This document shows positions 38,049 to 49,371 of a stretch of DNA of 64,000 bases, piece by piece. Position 1 is the first letter of the stretch, and each line of letters starts with the position of its first letter. The stretch is from Christensenellales bacterium (GTDB taxonomy: Bacteria; Bacillota; Clostridia; Christensenellales; SZUA-584). The stretch is from positions 1,269 to 65,268 of the forward strand of contig JBMNOU010000003.1 in the NCBI GenBank assembly GCA_050943215.1. The letters run 5' to 3'. A program made the translations under genes and the position numbers. The notes under the pieces were generated by a model. That model was not told where the DNA came from. It ran no database searches and was given only the letters and a program-made list of their open reading frames with translations.

Positions 38049-38816
38049 ATGATGAAAAGCTTTCAAGCAATGCTTTCTTTTTTTACTACAATACCAATAC
38101 GGATAAAATTTGAAATCGACGATGATTTGTATAAAAAAGGAATGAAGTATCTTTTTGTTATTGCGCTCATCATTGGCATACCTGTTGGCTTTGCTGCTTA
38201 TCTGCAGCGGTGGATCGGGTCATATATTGCTGCGTTTATTTCATTTGGACTATACCTTGTTATAAGCGGTGGATTGCACATTGACGGTCTTGCGGACACA
38301 ATGGATGCATTTGGCAGCAACAAGGACAGGCAAAGAATGCTGGACATTATGAAAGATAGCCACATCGGTACTTTCGGCGTATTGTCTATCAGTGTGTATT
38401 CTATCGGCATGGTGCTTTTTATTGCACAGGCAAATTATGCAGTTGCCGGGCTTTTTCCTCTTGTCGGACGGACGGCTGCACTTATGTGCGCGCGCCTTTT
38501 CTATTATGCACGGCCGGCCGGAACGGCAAAATGCTTTGTTGACGGCGCAAAAACAGTATATGTGGCCGTTTCAGTGTTGGCATATATCGTAATCGTAGTA
38601 TTATTTTGTTATGATTTTTCAACTTTGAAATTTGATGGAAGGCATGCCGTTATACTATTTTTACCATACATGCTATCAATAGGAGCGGTTGTTTTATGTG
38701 TGTTGGGCATGTCACGAAAGCTCGGCGGTATTACTGGAGACGTCATTGGATTTGGCATAGAAGCCTCGCAGTTATTATACTTGCTTGGCTCATCTATACT
38801 GCTAAAGATCTGGTAA
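38049..38816 (+). CDS. cobS: Adenosylcobinamide-GDP ribazoletransferase (cobalamin synthase)
   Basis: Polytopic membrane protein with HIDGLADTMDAFGS and GGITGD motifs. Confidence 0.88.
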   Translation: MMKSFQAMLSFFTTIPIRIKFEIDDDLYKKGMKYLFVIALIIGIPVGFAAYLQRWIGSYIAAFISFGLYLVISGGLHIDGLADTMDAFGSNKDRQRMLDIMKDSHIGTFGVLSISVYSIGMVLFIAQANYAVAGLFPLVGRTAALMCARLFYYARPAGTAKCFVDGAKTVYVAVSVLAYIVIVVLFCYDFSTLKFDGRHAVILFLPYMLSIGAVVLCVLGMSRKLGGITGDVIGFGIEASQLLYLLGSSILLKIW

Positions 38817-38979
38817 CGCTATGTTGCATTATTATCGCTTACGAAGGATAAAGCCATCGTGTATTATTTTTGGGTGAAATATGCTACGAAGCGACAAAAA
38901 ACATTCTTTGACAAACTGAGACGGTGATATATAATTGAATAAAGAGAAGATAGAGGCTGACAATGAAAGAGGGGCAGTT

Positions 38980-39387
38980 ATGGGAAACTCGATAAATGAT
39001 ATTCATATGGAAGATTTTCAGAATATAGTCAATGATCTGCTGATGAGGAACAGGAGCATACTCGATATTATTTCAAAAATTCAGACGAGTGTCGGGCGGG
39101 TTAACCGTTCTGTTATAAAGGCTGTGACTCATTGCGGCTGCGTGGAGATCGATGGGAAAAAACAAAAGTTTTCCGAAGAAGCCAGCATTGAGAATCTGCA
39201 GGAGCTTTTATCGACCCAACTTAACGGTAAGCTTTGTTCCGAGTGCCGTGTCATGATAGAAGAAGAAATTGGTGGGGCCCTGTTTTATCTTGCGGCTCTT
39301 TGCAATGCGCTTGGTATCAGCCTATACGACGTGATTCTCAAAGAAAAAGAAACGCTAAGTACGCTTGGAAGCTATAGTTTAAGATGA
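38980..39387 (+). CDS. Small MazG-like (nucleotide pyrophosphohydrolase fold) protein with a Cys pair; tentative call
   Basis: EEEIGGALFYLAALCNALGISLYDVI resembles the MazG EExGD..F.L..L.N..GI helix pair. CGC and CSEC motifs are present. AGAGGGG SD precedes the ATG at 38980. Confidence 0.4.
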   Translation: MGNSINDIHMEDFQNIVNDLLMRNRSILDIISKIQTSVGRVNRSVIKAVTHCGCVEIDGKKQKFSEEASIENLQELLSTQLNGKLCSECRVMIEEEIGGALFYLAALCNALGISLYDVILKEKETLSTLGSYSLR

Positions 39388-39508
39388 TGACAGCGGCGTT
39401 ATTATGCTGGATTCTAATAACAAATAGTAAATCTCAAAGATAATCCTCAATAAATAGCTGGATTTGTAGAACGTTTATAAATGTTTTACAAAACGGGCTT
39501 TTTTTATA

Positions 39509-39537
39509 TTGACAAGGGAATCTGATTATAGTAATAT
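39509..39537 (+). promoter_or_regulatory. rpoB promoter
   Basis: TTGACA (39509-39514), 17-nt spacer, TAATAT (39532-39537). Leaves a leader of about 190 nt. Confidence 0.5.
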
Positions 39538-39729
39538 GCTATATTGCATTAGCGTGCTCATAATTGGGGCAGTGTCTCTATTTGGCGGCTTTTAGCTACG
39601 CCGGCCGGAGTATTTGTCAGGTTAAAATATTGTATATTTTAACCCCGTTTTGGGAATAATCAGTGAGTGCCTTTATCGAAAAAATAAATAAATTGTTTTT
39701 TTACATAACAGGAGAGTGGTTTATAGTTT

Positions 39730-42700
39730 ATGGTGCAGGAAATCAGAATTGGTAAGCGTAACAGAATGAACTTCTCTAAAATTAAAGAAGTTCTGGACAT
39801 GCCGGATCTTATCGAGATTCAGAAGGACTCATACAAATATTTTTTAGAAGTTGGACTCCGCGAGGTATTGAATGATATCTCACCGATCACCGATTACTCA
39901 GAAAACCTTATACTGGAATTTATGGATTACTACCTTGACAACAAACCTAAGTACAATGTGGAAGAATGCAAAGAACGCGACGTTAATTACGCCGTGCCTC
40001 TTAAAGTTGTGGTTCGTTTGATCAATAAAGAGACAGGCGAAATGAAGGAACAAGAAGTGTTTATGGGCGACTTCCCGCTGATGACTGAAAAAGGTACTTT
40101 CATTATTAATGGTGCAGAGCGTGTCATTGTCAGCCAGCTTGTTAGGTCGCCCGGAGTCTATTATGATTATACGATCGACAAATCGGGTAAAAAGCTATAT
40201 TCTGCGACCGTTATCCCAAACAGGGGCGCTTGGCTCGAATACGAGACAGACAGCAATGATTGTTATTGGGTGCGCGTAGACAGGACGCGCAAGCTTCCGA
40301 TGACTGTATTGGCCCGTGCGATGGGGTACGGTACCAATCAGGAAATCATTGATCTTCTTGGGGATGAAGATTTTCTGCAAGCAACATTTAAAAAAGATAG
40401 CGGACAAAGCACTGACGACGGCCTTATTGAAATTTACCGTCGTTTGCGTCCGGGCGAGCCGCCCACAGTTGAGAGCGCAAAGATGCTGATTGACTCTTTG
40501 TTCTTTGACCAGAGGAGATATGACTTAGCAAGGGTCGGCCGGTATAAATATAATAAAAAACTTTCCATTTCTGCTCGTATAGAAGGGTATAAAAGCGCGG
40601 AAAACGTTATCAGCGTAGACGGTGAAGTCATCGTTCAAAAAGGAGAGATAATTTCAAGAGCTATTGCTGAGAAAATCGAAACGGCGGGTATCAACAGCGT
40701 TGTTTTGACCGTGGGTGATGCAGAGGTCAAGGTTGTGGGTAACAACTTTGTCAAAACGGACAGCTATCTTCCTTTTAATCCACTTGAGGCGGGCATCAAC
40801 GAAAAAGTGCATTTTCCGACATTCCAGGCCATACTTGCCGAGTTTGGCAGTGATGAGCAGGAGCTTAAAAAACAGCTTAAGGCAAACATCGATAAATTGA
40901 TTCCAAAGCATATTATCGTGGATGATATCATCGCGTCAATAAGCTATCAGATCGGGCTTAAGTACGGGATCGGGCAAACGGATGACATCGATCACCTGGG
41001 CAACCGTCGTCTCCGCAGCGTGGGCGAGTTGCTTCAGAATCAGATCCGGGTAGGCCTGTCAAGGCTTGAGAGAGTGGTCAGAGAGCGCATGTCGATACAG
41101 GACATGGATGTGGCAACACCATCAAATCTAATCAACATTCGTCCTGTTACTGCGGCAATAAAAGAGTTTTTCGGATCGTCCCAGCTTTCACAGTTTATGG
41201 ATCAGACAAACCCACTCGCGGAGCTGACACATAAAAGAAGATTGTCCGCTCTTGGCCCAGGCGGCCTTAACAGGGAGCGAGCCTCATTTGATGTCAGGGA
41301 CGTTCACCATTCACATTACGGCCGGATGTGCCCGATAGAGACGCCGGAAGGTCCGAACATTGGCCTTATCGGATCGCTTTCTACATATGCGCGTATTAAC
41401 GAATACGGATTTATTGAATCGCCGTACCGTATCATCGATAAAGAAAAGAAGATTATAACGGACGAGATTGTCTACCTGACAGCAGACGAAGAAGATAAGT
41501 ATGTTGTGGCGCAGGCAAACGAGCCGATAGCTGAAAATGGTTTTTTTGCTCACCAGCGGGTTATGTCTAGGCGCCAAGATGAAATAGTTGAAGTAAATCG
41601 AGACGAAGTCGACCTAATGGACGTTTCTCCAAAACAGGTTGTATCCGTTGCGACGGCACTAATCCCGTTCCTTGAGAACGACGATGCTAACAGGGCGCTG
41701 ATGGGCTCTAACATGCAGCGCCAGGCTGTTCCGCTGATTTGTCCGGAAGCGCCGATCGTCGGCACAGGTATGGAGTATAAAACTGCGAAAGACTCGGGAG
41801 CAACCGTACTGGCTTATGAAGACGGTGTGGTTAAGCACGTGTCAGCAGATTCAATATTAATTCAGGAAGAAAACGGACCCAGAGAATATAAACTGATCAA
41901 GTTTTCAAGATCGAATCAGGGAACATGTACAAACCAGTATCCGATCGTTAAAATCGGTGAGCGTGTTATCAAAGGTGATATTATTGCCGATGGACCGTCT
42001 ACAGAAATGGGAGAGCTGGCGCTTGGCAGAAATGTACTGATCGGTTTTATGACTTGGGAAGGATACAATTATGAGGACGCAATTCTCGTCAGTGAACGGC
42101 TCGTTCATGACGATGTTTTTACATCGATTCATATAGAAGGATACGAGTCAGAGGCGCGGGATACCAAGCTTGGTCCGGAAGAGATTACCCGCGACATACC
42201 GAACGTCGGCGAGGATGCTTTAAAAGACCTTGACGAGAGGGGCATTATTCGTATCGGTGCTGAAGTGCGCGCAGGTGACATACTGGTTGGGAAGGTTACC
42301 CCAAAGGGCGAGACTGAACTGACCGCGGAAGAACGTCTGCTTCGCGCTATTTTTGGAGAAAAAGCAAGAGAGGTCAGGGACACTTCCCTTCGGGTACCGC
42401 ACGGTGAGGAAGGTATTGTTGTTGATGTCAAGGTATTTACGCGGGAAAACAAAGATGAGCTGACAGCAGGCGTCAACAAGCTGGTCAGATGCTATATTGC
42501 ACAGAAACGTAAAATCTCTGTGGGGGATAAGATGGCTGGACGGCACGGTAACAAGGGCGTTATTTCAAGAATACTGCCCGTAGAAGACATGCCGTTTTTG
42601 CCCGATGGCACACCTCTTGATATTGTTCTCAATCCGCTCGGGGTTCCTTCGCGTATGAATATCGGGCAGGTGCTAGAGGTTCATTTGGGCTATGTCGCAA

Positions 42701-43638
42701 AAATGCTTGGATGGCGGATCGCGACGCCTGTTTTTGACGGAGCTTCCGAAGAAGATATCATGCAGATATTCAAAGAATTTGGTCTTGATCCGGATGGCAA
42801 AACGGTTTTATATGACGGACGAAGCGGAGAACCTTTTGAAAATCGTGTGACAGTGGGATACATGTATATACTGAAACTTCACCATCTTGTAGACGACAAG
42901 ATTCATGCCCGCTCCACAGGGCCGTATTCTCTGGTAACACAGCAGCCGCTGGGCGGCAAAGCCCAGTTTGGCGGTCAACGTTTCGGAGAAATGGAGGTGT
43001 GGGCGCTCGAAGCATATGGCGCCGCTAACACGTTACAGGAAATACTGACAGTTAAATCTGATGATGTGGTGGGGCGTGTCAAGACATACGAGGCTATCGT
43101 TAAGGGAGAGAACATTCCTGAACCGGGTGTTCCCGAGTCCTTTAAGGTATTGATCAAAGAGATGCAAGCGCTTGCTCTCGACGTTAAGGTGCTAGGCGAT
43201 GTAGGTGAAGAGATTACCATAAAAGAGAGCATAGACGATGACATGTCCGGCCTTGAGGTCAATATTGAAGGGGCAGAAATGGACACCATCTCAGAGAGAC
43301 GCATCACGGCTAAAGATCATGGTGAAGAGGACTTCTCTGACATCACTTTTGAAGAACTTGATGTGCCCGATATCGATGGTCTTGATGACTTAGACATCGA
43401 TATCAATCCAGATATTGTAAAGCCTAAGCGCAGTATCGACGAAGACGATGATATCATTGGTCTTGAGAATGCCGGAGATGATGAAGATGATGATGATTAC
43501 AGCGACGATTACGAAGGCAACGAAGAGAGCGAAGATAGCAACGAAGATGATTTAATGGACGACATCGAACTGGAATCTCTTGAGGAACTGGCGGAGGATG
43601 ACGATGACGACCTGTATGATGATTTTGATGATAAATAA
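39730..43638 (+). CDS. rpoB: DNA-directed RNA polymerase subunit beta, with a 140-aa polyacidic C-terminal extension
   Basis: Conserved along its full length ([63 protein letters not shown]). 1302 aa. Confidence 0.98.
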   Translation: MVQEIRIGKRNRMNFSKIKEVLDMPDLIEIQKDSYKYFLEVGLREVLNDISPITDYSENLILEFMDYYLDNKPKYNVEECKERDVNYAVPLKVVVRLINKETGEMKEQEVFMGDFPLMTEKGTFIINGAERVIVSQLVRSPGVYYDYTIDKSGKKLYSATVIPNRGAWLEYETDSNDCYWVRVDRTRKLPMTVLARAMGYGTNQEIIDLLGDEDFLQATFKKDSGQSTDDGLIEIYRRLRPGEPPTVESAKMLIDSLFFDQRRYDLARVGRYKYNKKLSISARIEGYKSAENVISVDGEVIVQKGEIISRAIAEKIETAGINSVVLTVGDAEVKVVGNNFVKTDSYLPFNPLEAGINEKVHFPTFQAILAEFGSDEQELKKQLKANIDKLIPKHIIVDDIIASISYQIGLKYGIGQTDDIDHLGNRRLRSVGELLQNQIRVGLSRLERVVRERMSIQDMDVATPSNLINIRPVTAAIKEFFGSSQLSQFMDQTNPLAELTHKRRLSALGPGGLNRERASFDVRDVHHSHYGRMCPIETPEGPNIGLIGSLSTYARINEYGFIESPYRIIDKEKKIITDEIVYLTADEEDKYVVAQANEPIAENGFFAHQRVMSRRQDEIVEVNRDEVDLMDVSPKQVVSVATALIPFLENDDANRALMGSNMQRQAVPLICPEAPIVGTGMEYKTAKDSGATVLAYEDGVVKHVSADSILIQEENGPREYKLIKFSRSNQGTCTNQYPIVKIGERVIKGDIIADGPSTEMGELALGRNVLIGFMTWEGYNYEDAILVSERLVHDDVFTSIHIEGYESEARDTKLGPEEITRDIPNVGEDALKDLDERGIIRIGAEVRAGDILVGKVTPKGETELTAEERLLRAIFGEKAREVRDTSLRVPHGEEGIVVDVKVFTRENKDELTAGVNKLVRCYIAQKRKISVGDKMAGRHGNKGVISRILPVEDMPFLPDGTPLDIVLNPLGVPSRMNIGQVLEVHLGYVAKMLGWRIATPVFDGASEEDIMQIFKEFGLDPDGKTVLYDGRSGEPFENRVTVGYMYILKLHHLVDDKIHARSTGPYSLVTQQPLGGKAQFGGQRFGEMEVWALEAYGAANTLQEILTVKSDDVVGRVKTYEAIVKGENIPEPGVPESFKVLIKEMQALALDVKVLGDVGEEITIKESIDDDMSGLEVNIEGAEMDTISERRITAKDHGEEDFSDITFEELDVPDIDGLDDLDIDINPDIVKPKRSIDEDDDIIGLENAGDDEDDDDYSDDYEGNEESEDSNEDDLMDDIELESLEELAEDDDDDLYDDFDDK

Positions 43639-43675
43639 GTTTTAAGCTTTCAGCATATGAGAGGAGAGGAATTAT

Positions 43676-46600
43676 TTGTTTGAACTTGGCAATTTTGATT
43701 CCATTCAGATTGGGTTGGCTTCTCCTGAAAAAATCAGGAAATGGTCGAGAGGCGAAGTAAAAAAACCCGAAACAATCAATTACCGGACATTGAAACCGGA
43801 AAAAGACGGTTTGTTTTGCGAAAGGATTTTTGGTCCAACGAAAGATTGGGAATGCCATTGCGGACGTTATAAACGCGTTAGATACAAAGGCATTATCTGT
43901 GATAAATGCGGTGTTGAGGTTACACGTGCAAAGGTAAGGCGTGAGAGGATGGGGCATATCGAACTGGCAGCACCCGTTTCTCACATATGGTATTTTAAAG
44001 GCATACCTTCAAGAATGGGGCTTTTGCTTGATATGTCCCCAAGAGATCTGGAAAAAATCTTGTATTTTGCGTCTTTTGTCGTAACAGATCCGAAGGATAC
44101 GCCGCTTGAGTATAAACAGCTCTTAAATGATAAAGAGCTGCGCGAATGCCAGGAAAAATACGGTGACGATGCGTTTGTCGCAAAAATGGGCGCGGAGGGT
44201 GTAAAAGACCTGCTGCGCCAGATTGATCTTGTTAAATCATCCAAAGAGCTCAAGAAAGAGCTCGATACGTGCACCGGTCAAAAACGCGTTCGCGCGATTA
44301 AAAGACTAGAGGTCATCGAGGCATTTAGGCAGTCGGGAAACAAACCCGAATGGATCATACTCGATTGTATCCCAATCATCCCGCCCGAGCTTCGGCCGAT
44401 GGTTCAGCTTGACGGTGGAAGGTTTGCGACGAGCGATCTTAACGATCTTTACAGGCGCGTTATTAACCGTAACAACCGTCTTAACAGACTACTTGCGCTG
44501 CGGGCGCCGGATATAATCGTGCGTAATGAGAAGCGCATGCTTCAGGAAGCGGTTGATGCACTGATCGATAACGGACGGCGCGGACGTCCCGTTACGGGCC
44601 CGGGCAACCGTCCGTTAAAGTCACTTTCGGATATGCTTCGAGGCAAACAGGGACGGTTCCGCCAGAATCTGCTTGGCAAGCGCGTCGATTATTCGGGCAG
44701 AAGCGTGATTGTCGTGGGCCCCGATCTTAAAATGTACCAATGCGGGCTGCCCAAGGAAATGGCACTCGAGCTCTTTAAGCCGTTCGTAATGAAAAAACTC
44801 GTGGAAGACTCTCTTGCGCACAATATTAAAAGCGCAAAACGCATGGTGGAAAGGGTGCGGCCCGAGGTTTGGGGCGTGCTTGAGCATGTTATAAAAGACC
44901 ACCCGGTGCTGCTTAACCGCGCACCGACACTGCACAGACTCGGGATACAGGCGTTTGAACCCGTACTGGTTGAGGGCAAGGCACTCAAACTGCATCCGCT
45001 CGTCTGCACCGCATACAACGCAGACTTTGACGGAGACCAGATGGCTATTCACGTACCGCTTTCGGTGGAGGCGCAGGCGGAGTGCCGCTTTTTGATGCTG
45101 GCGGCAAACAATATATTAAAACCTCAGGACGGTAAACCAGTTGTCAGCCCGACGCAGGACATGGTTATCGGAAGTTATTATTTAACGATAATCCGAGAAG
45201 GTTCAAAAGGGGAAGGCAGCTATTTTTCGTGTCCGGAAGAAGCGGTGATTGCCTATCAGACCGGCAAGATTGATCTACAGGCAATGGTCAATGTGAAGTT
45301 TACGAAGAAAATAGACGGGCAAACGCGCAGCAGTATACTTAAGACGACACCCGGAAGGATCATTTTCAACGAAGCAATTCCTCAAGATCTTGGGTTTGTG
45401 GATAGAACGCAGCCCGATAACGCGCTGAAACTCGAAGTTGACTTTCTGGTCGGCAAAAGGCAACTCGGCAAAATCGTTGATTATTGCTACAGAAAATACG
45501 GCGAAACAAAAACCGCCGAGATGCTCGATGATATTAAGCATCTTGGATTTCATTATTCAACGCTTGGTGCGATCACGATAAGCGTAAGCGATATCGTAGT
45601 GCCTGAGGAAAAGGCGGTTTACTTGGAAAAAGCCGAACAAAAAGTCGTGGAAATAGAGAAAAAATTTAAAAGAGGTTTTCTGACCAATAAAGAAAGAAAA
45701 GAGAACGTCATCAAGGTATGGGCGGATACGACTAACCTTGTGACTGAAGCGCTGATGGAGGGTTTAAGCCCGTTTAACCCGGTGTTCATGATGGCAAACT
45801 CGGGTGCCAGAGGGTCAACCAACCAGATCCGACAGCTTGCAGGTATGCGCGGGCTGATGGCAGACCCATCGGGCGAGATTATCGAGATACCTATCAGAGC
45901 GAACTTCCGTGAAGGATTGACTGTTCTTGAGTTCTTTATATCGACACACGGCGCAAGAAAAGGACTCGCCGATACCGCGCTTCGTACGGCCGACTCCGGA
46001 TATCTGACGCGGCGGCTGGTAGACGTCAGCCAAGACGTGATCGTCAGAGAAATGGATTGTTTAAAGGAAGGGGATTCAGTAAGGGGCGTATGGGTTGAAG
46101 ATATCATTAACGGCAAAGAAGTGATCGAACCGTTTATAGACCGTATAGGCGGAAGATATGCCGCAGCAGATATTGTCCATCCCGAAACGGGTGAGATTAT
46201 CGTTCATGCAAATGAGTTTATTACGTACGATCATTGTCAGCGTATTTTAAACGCGGGGATCAAAGGCGTACATATCCGTTCGGTGCTTACATGTAAAACA
46301 AGGCATGGCGTTTGTGCAAAATGCTATGGAGCGGATATGTCGTCCGGAAAACTGGTCAGCATCGGCGAGGCGGTGGGCATAATTGCTGCACAGTCCATCG
46401 GTGAACCGGGAACCCAGCTGACAATGAGGACATTCCATACAGGCGGTGTCGCAGGGGAAGACATCACTCACGGTCTGCCGCGTGTCGAAGAACTTTTTGA
46501 AGCAAGAAAACCAAAAGGTCTTGCAATCATCAGCGAAATCGCCGGCACTGTTTCACTAAATGACAATAAAAAGAAGGTTGAGGTTACTGTAACAGGTGAA

Positions 46601-47293
46601 GATGGTATGGCGGAGATTTATGCGATACCGTTTGGTTCGCGGCTGAAAGTAAAAGAAAGAGATATCATTGAGGCGGGCGATGAATTGACGGAAGGATCCA
46701 TCAACCCGAACGATATCTTAAAGATTAAAGGCGCAAAGGGTGTCCAGGCGTATCTGTTAAAAGAAGTGCAGATGGTATATCGTCTGCAGGGCGTTGAGAT
46801 ATCCGACAAGCACATAGAAGTCATCATCAGACAGATGCTTAAGAAGTGCAAGATAGAAGATGCCGGCGATACGGAACTTTTACCCGGATCTTTGGTCGAC
46901 ATATATTATTTTGATTCTGAAAACGAAAGGATGATAAGCGAAGGTAAAAAACCAGCCACCGCCAAGCGGGTGCTGCTTGGAATTACCAAGGCGTCTCTTG
47001 CGACAGATTCATTCCTTTCAGCAGCTTCTTTCCAGGAGACAACACGGGTTCTGACCGAAGCGGCGATAAAAGGAAAAACAGATCCGCTGCTTGGGCTCAA
47101 AGAAAACGTCATTATCGGTAAACTGATTCCGGCAGGAACTGGGATGAAGCGCTATAAGAATATTGATGTTATAAAAAATATTCTGAACGAAGATATACTG
47201 TCAGAAATTGATCAGAATAATAAACCGTATACGGATGCGTATTCTGGCCAGGTATACGATCACAATATTTCAGATATGGGTATAGAACTCTAA
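43676..47293 (+). CDS. rpoC: DNA-directed RNA polymerase subunit beta'
   Basis: Zn-binding CHCGRYK...C..CG, catalytic [10 protein letters not shown], trigger-loop and bridge-helix regions. TTG start after GAGGAGAGGA. Confidence 0.98.
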   Translation: MFELGNFDSIQIGLASPEKIRKWSRGEVKKPETINYRTLKPEKDGLFCERIFGPTKDWECHCGRYKRVRYKGIICDKCGVEVTRAKVRRERMGHIELAAPVSHIWYFKGIPSRMGLLLDMSPRDLEKILYFASFVVTDPKDTPLEYKQLLNDKELRECQEKYGDDAFVAKMGAEGVKDLLRQIDLVKSSKELKKELDTCTGQKRVRAIKRLEVIEAFRQSGNKPEWIILDCIPIIPPELRPMVQLDGGRFATSDLNDLYRRVINRNNRLNRLLALRAPDIIVRNEKRMLQEAVDALIDNGRRGRPVTGPGNRPLKSLSDMLRGKQGRFRQNLLGKRVDYSGRSVIVVGPDLKMYQCGLPKEMALELFKPFVMKKLVEDSLAHNIKSAKRMVERVRPEVWGVLEHVIKDHPVLLNRAPTLHRLGIQAFEPVLVEGKALKLHPLVCTAYNADFDGDQMAIHVPLSVEAQAECRFLMLAANNILKPQDGKPVVSPTQDMVIGSYYLTIIREGSKGEGSYFSCPEEAVIAYQTGKIDLQAMVNVKFTKKIDGQTRSSILKTTPGRIIFNEAIPQDLGFVDRTQPDNALKLEVDFLVGKRQLGKIVDYCYRKYGETKTAEMLDDIKHLGFHYSTLGAITISVSDIVVPEEKAVYLEKAEQKVVEIEKKFKRGFLTNKERKENVIKVWADTTNLVTEALMEGLSPFNPVFMMANSGARGSTNQIRQLAGMRGLMADPSGEIIEIPIRANFREGLTVLEFFISTHGARKGLADTALRTADSGYLTRRLVDVSQDVIVREMDCLKEGDSVRGVWVEDIINGKEVIEPFIDRIGGRYAAADIVHPETGEIIVHANEFITYDHCQRILNAGIKGVHIRSVLTCKTRHGVCAKCYGADMSSGKLVSIGEAVGIIAAQSIGEPGTQLTMRTFHTGGVAGEDITHGLPRVEELFEARKPKGLAIISEIAGTVSLNDNKKKVEVTVTGEDGMAEIYAIPFGSRLKVKERDIIEAGDELTEGSINPNDILKIKGAKGVQAYLLKEVQMVYRLQGVEISDKHIEVIIRQMLKKCKIEDAGDTELLPGSLVDIYYFDSENERMISEGKKPATAKRVLLGITKASLATDSFLSAASFQETTRVLTEAAIKGKTDPLLGLKENVIIGKLIPAGTGMKRYKNIDVIKNILNEDILSEIDQNNKPYTDAYSGQVYDHNISDMGIEL

Positions 47294-47317
47294 TTATTAT
47301 AGACAGGGGGAGTTAGT

Positions 47318-48070
47318 ATGGCCAAAAACGAGAATTGTGGCATCAGTGATAGCGCGCTTTGCAAGTGGATAGGGAAAGATTGTGACGGGTGCTATATTTC
47401 GAGTTTGAAACGTAGTGAGGATGCGCAAAAAGCGCTTGCGGATTTTCAGGTAACAATGTCCCTTCTACCGGATAATTTTGATGATCTACAGTCGGATGAA
47501 TGCCATTTTTGCATTGGCGATAAAAACAAGCGCGACGGATATGCGCTGATCGATCTCGCGCATATAGAGCCTCCGAGCGAAACAGGTATGTTTTTCGGTT
47601 TTGGCAAAAAAATAAGGCAGAAGATCGGGTCATTCATGCCATTATCCATTTCGATTTGCGCGCGATGCCGTAGAGTTTTTCGTTTTGCGGAGTTGATGGT
47701 ATGGTTGTTTTCCATTGTTTTCTTTGCCGCCGCAATTGTCGTTGTTTCCGTTCCCTCTATAGGTAGTAGGATAAACCAGGCAGTTGTTATCGGTATCATT
47801 ATACTTGCGATACTAGTCGGCTATGTTGCAGGCAAAATCATCTCGGATGTTTATATTAAAGTGAAAAGCAGTAAGGTCCGTTTCAGCGTTTTTGATATTC
47901 CCATCGCTTCAGAAATGAAAAAGAACGGCTGGTTTGCCATACAGGATCATGGTGACGTATCCAGATTTGTTTTTACAAAGAAGTCTCATACGAAAAAAGT
48001 TGGGAATATTAGAAATAAAGAGAACGATCCTGAAATAGATTTTAAACAGACTTCTTTTTTTGAGGATTGA
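47318..48070 (+). CDS. Hypothetical Cys-rich two-TM membrane protein encoded between rpoC and the L7Ae-like gene
   Basis: GGGGGAG SD lies 24 nt after the rpoC stop. Eight Cys including CDGC, CHFC and CARC, then two hydrophobic helices, then a basic C-terminal tail. I recognise no family. Confidence 0.6.
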   Translation: MAKNENCGISDSALCKWIGKDCDGCYISSLKRSEDAQKALADFQVTMSLLPDNFDDLQSDECHFCIGDKNKRDGYALIDLAHIEPPSETGMFFGFGKKIRQKIGSFMPLSISICARCRRVFRFAELMVWLFSIVFFAAAIVVVSVPSIGSRINQAVVIGIIILAILVGYVAGKIISDVYIKVKSSKVRFSVFDIPIASEMKKNGWFAIQDHGDVSRFVFTKKSHTKKVGNIRNKENDPEIDFKQTSFFED

Positions 48071-48152
48071 CAAGCTATTTTACCGGTGTTAAAATGGCTC
48101 TGTTGTGCGTTTTTTTGGGATACGTGCGGGCTATACGTGGAGGGTTATTAAA

Positions 48153-48413
48153 TTGAGTATGGTTCATGATCTATCCCGGCCGGAAAAAAGGGTTGTCGGA
48201 ATGAAACAAGTACTGAAGTTTGCGCATTCGGCGAAGCTCGATAAGGTATTTATCGCCAAAGACGCAGACGAGATGATTATAAGCAAACTGACGCATGTAT
48301 GCGAAACGAACAAAATACCTTATGATCTGATGTATACGATGCATCAGATAGGTAGTGCGTGCCAGATCGATGTGGGCAGCGCGTGTGCGGCGGTTATAAA
48401 ATTGCCAGATTAA
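48153..48413 (+). CDS. ybxF: Ribosome-associated L7Ae-family protein (YbxF/RplGB-like)
   Basis: VVGMKQVLK......L..VFIAKDAD......L...C....IPY......M..IG.AC.IDVG.A.AAVI matches the YbxF pattern and its rpoC-rpsL position. Start is uncertain: TTG 48153, ATG 48159 or GTG 48105. Confidence 0.8.
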   Translation: MSMVHDLSRPEKRVVGMKQVLKFAHSAKLDKVFIAKDADEMIISKLTHVCETNKIPYDLMYTMHQIGSACQIDVGSACAAVIKLPD

Positions 48414-48487
48414 TGTAGACATCCCCTTATTGGGTTGCAAGGGGTTTTTATAGACAATGATTAGGGAAAGGAGGTGTATGTAACAGT

Positions 48488-48862
48488 ATGCCTACAATTA
48501 ACCAGTTGGTTAAACAGGGAAGAAAGACGGCGGAAACAAAGAGTAATTCTCCGATCTTAAAGCAAAGCCCTCAGAAAAGAGGCGTTTGCCTGACAGTGAG
48601 AACGATGACGCCGAAAAAGCCAAATTCGGCTTTGAGAAAAATTGCGAGAGTTCGCTTGGTTAACGGGATGGAAGGAACAGCTTACATTCCAGGAATTGGT
48701 CATAATCTGCAGGAGCACTCGGTTGTACTAATCAGAGGGGGCAGGGTAAAAGACCTTCCGGGCGTTAGATATCATATAGTCAGAGGCGCTCTCGACAGTG
48801 CGGGAGTTGCGGATAGGAAGCAGGCGCGTTCAAAATACGGTGCCAAACGTCCTAAAAAGTAA
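48488..48862 (+). CDS. rpsL: 30S ribosomal protein S12
   Basis: MPTINQL...[10 protein letters not shown]...[14 protein letters not shown]. Confidence 0.98.
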   Translation: MPTINQLVKQGRKTAETKSNSPILKQSPQKRGVCLTVRTMTPKKPNSALRKIARVRLVNGMEGTAYIPGIGHNLQEHSVVLIRGGRVKDLPGVRYHIVRGALDSAGVADRKQARSKYGAKRPKK

Positions 48863-48877
48863 TATATAGGAGGATAG

Positions 48878-49351
<474 letters not shown>

Positions 49352-49371
49352 AAAGACACAAGGAGGAAGTA

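Noticed and set aside
43454-43984. 176-aa minus-strand ORF spanning the rpoB-rpoC junction, plus many other 60-220-aa antisense ORFs inside rpoB, rpoC, prfA (2553..3107), murA (33610..34128), the P-type ATPase (20903..21565) and mfd.
   Set aside because: They lie antisense to or overlapping strongly conserved genes, have low-complexity Ser/Pro/Arg-rich compositions and no SD. This is typical shadow-ORF behaviour.
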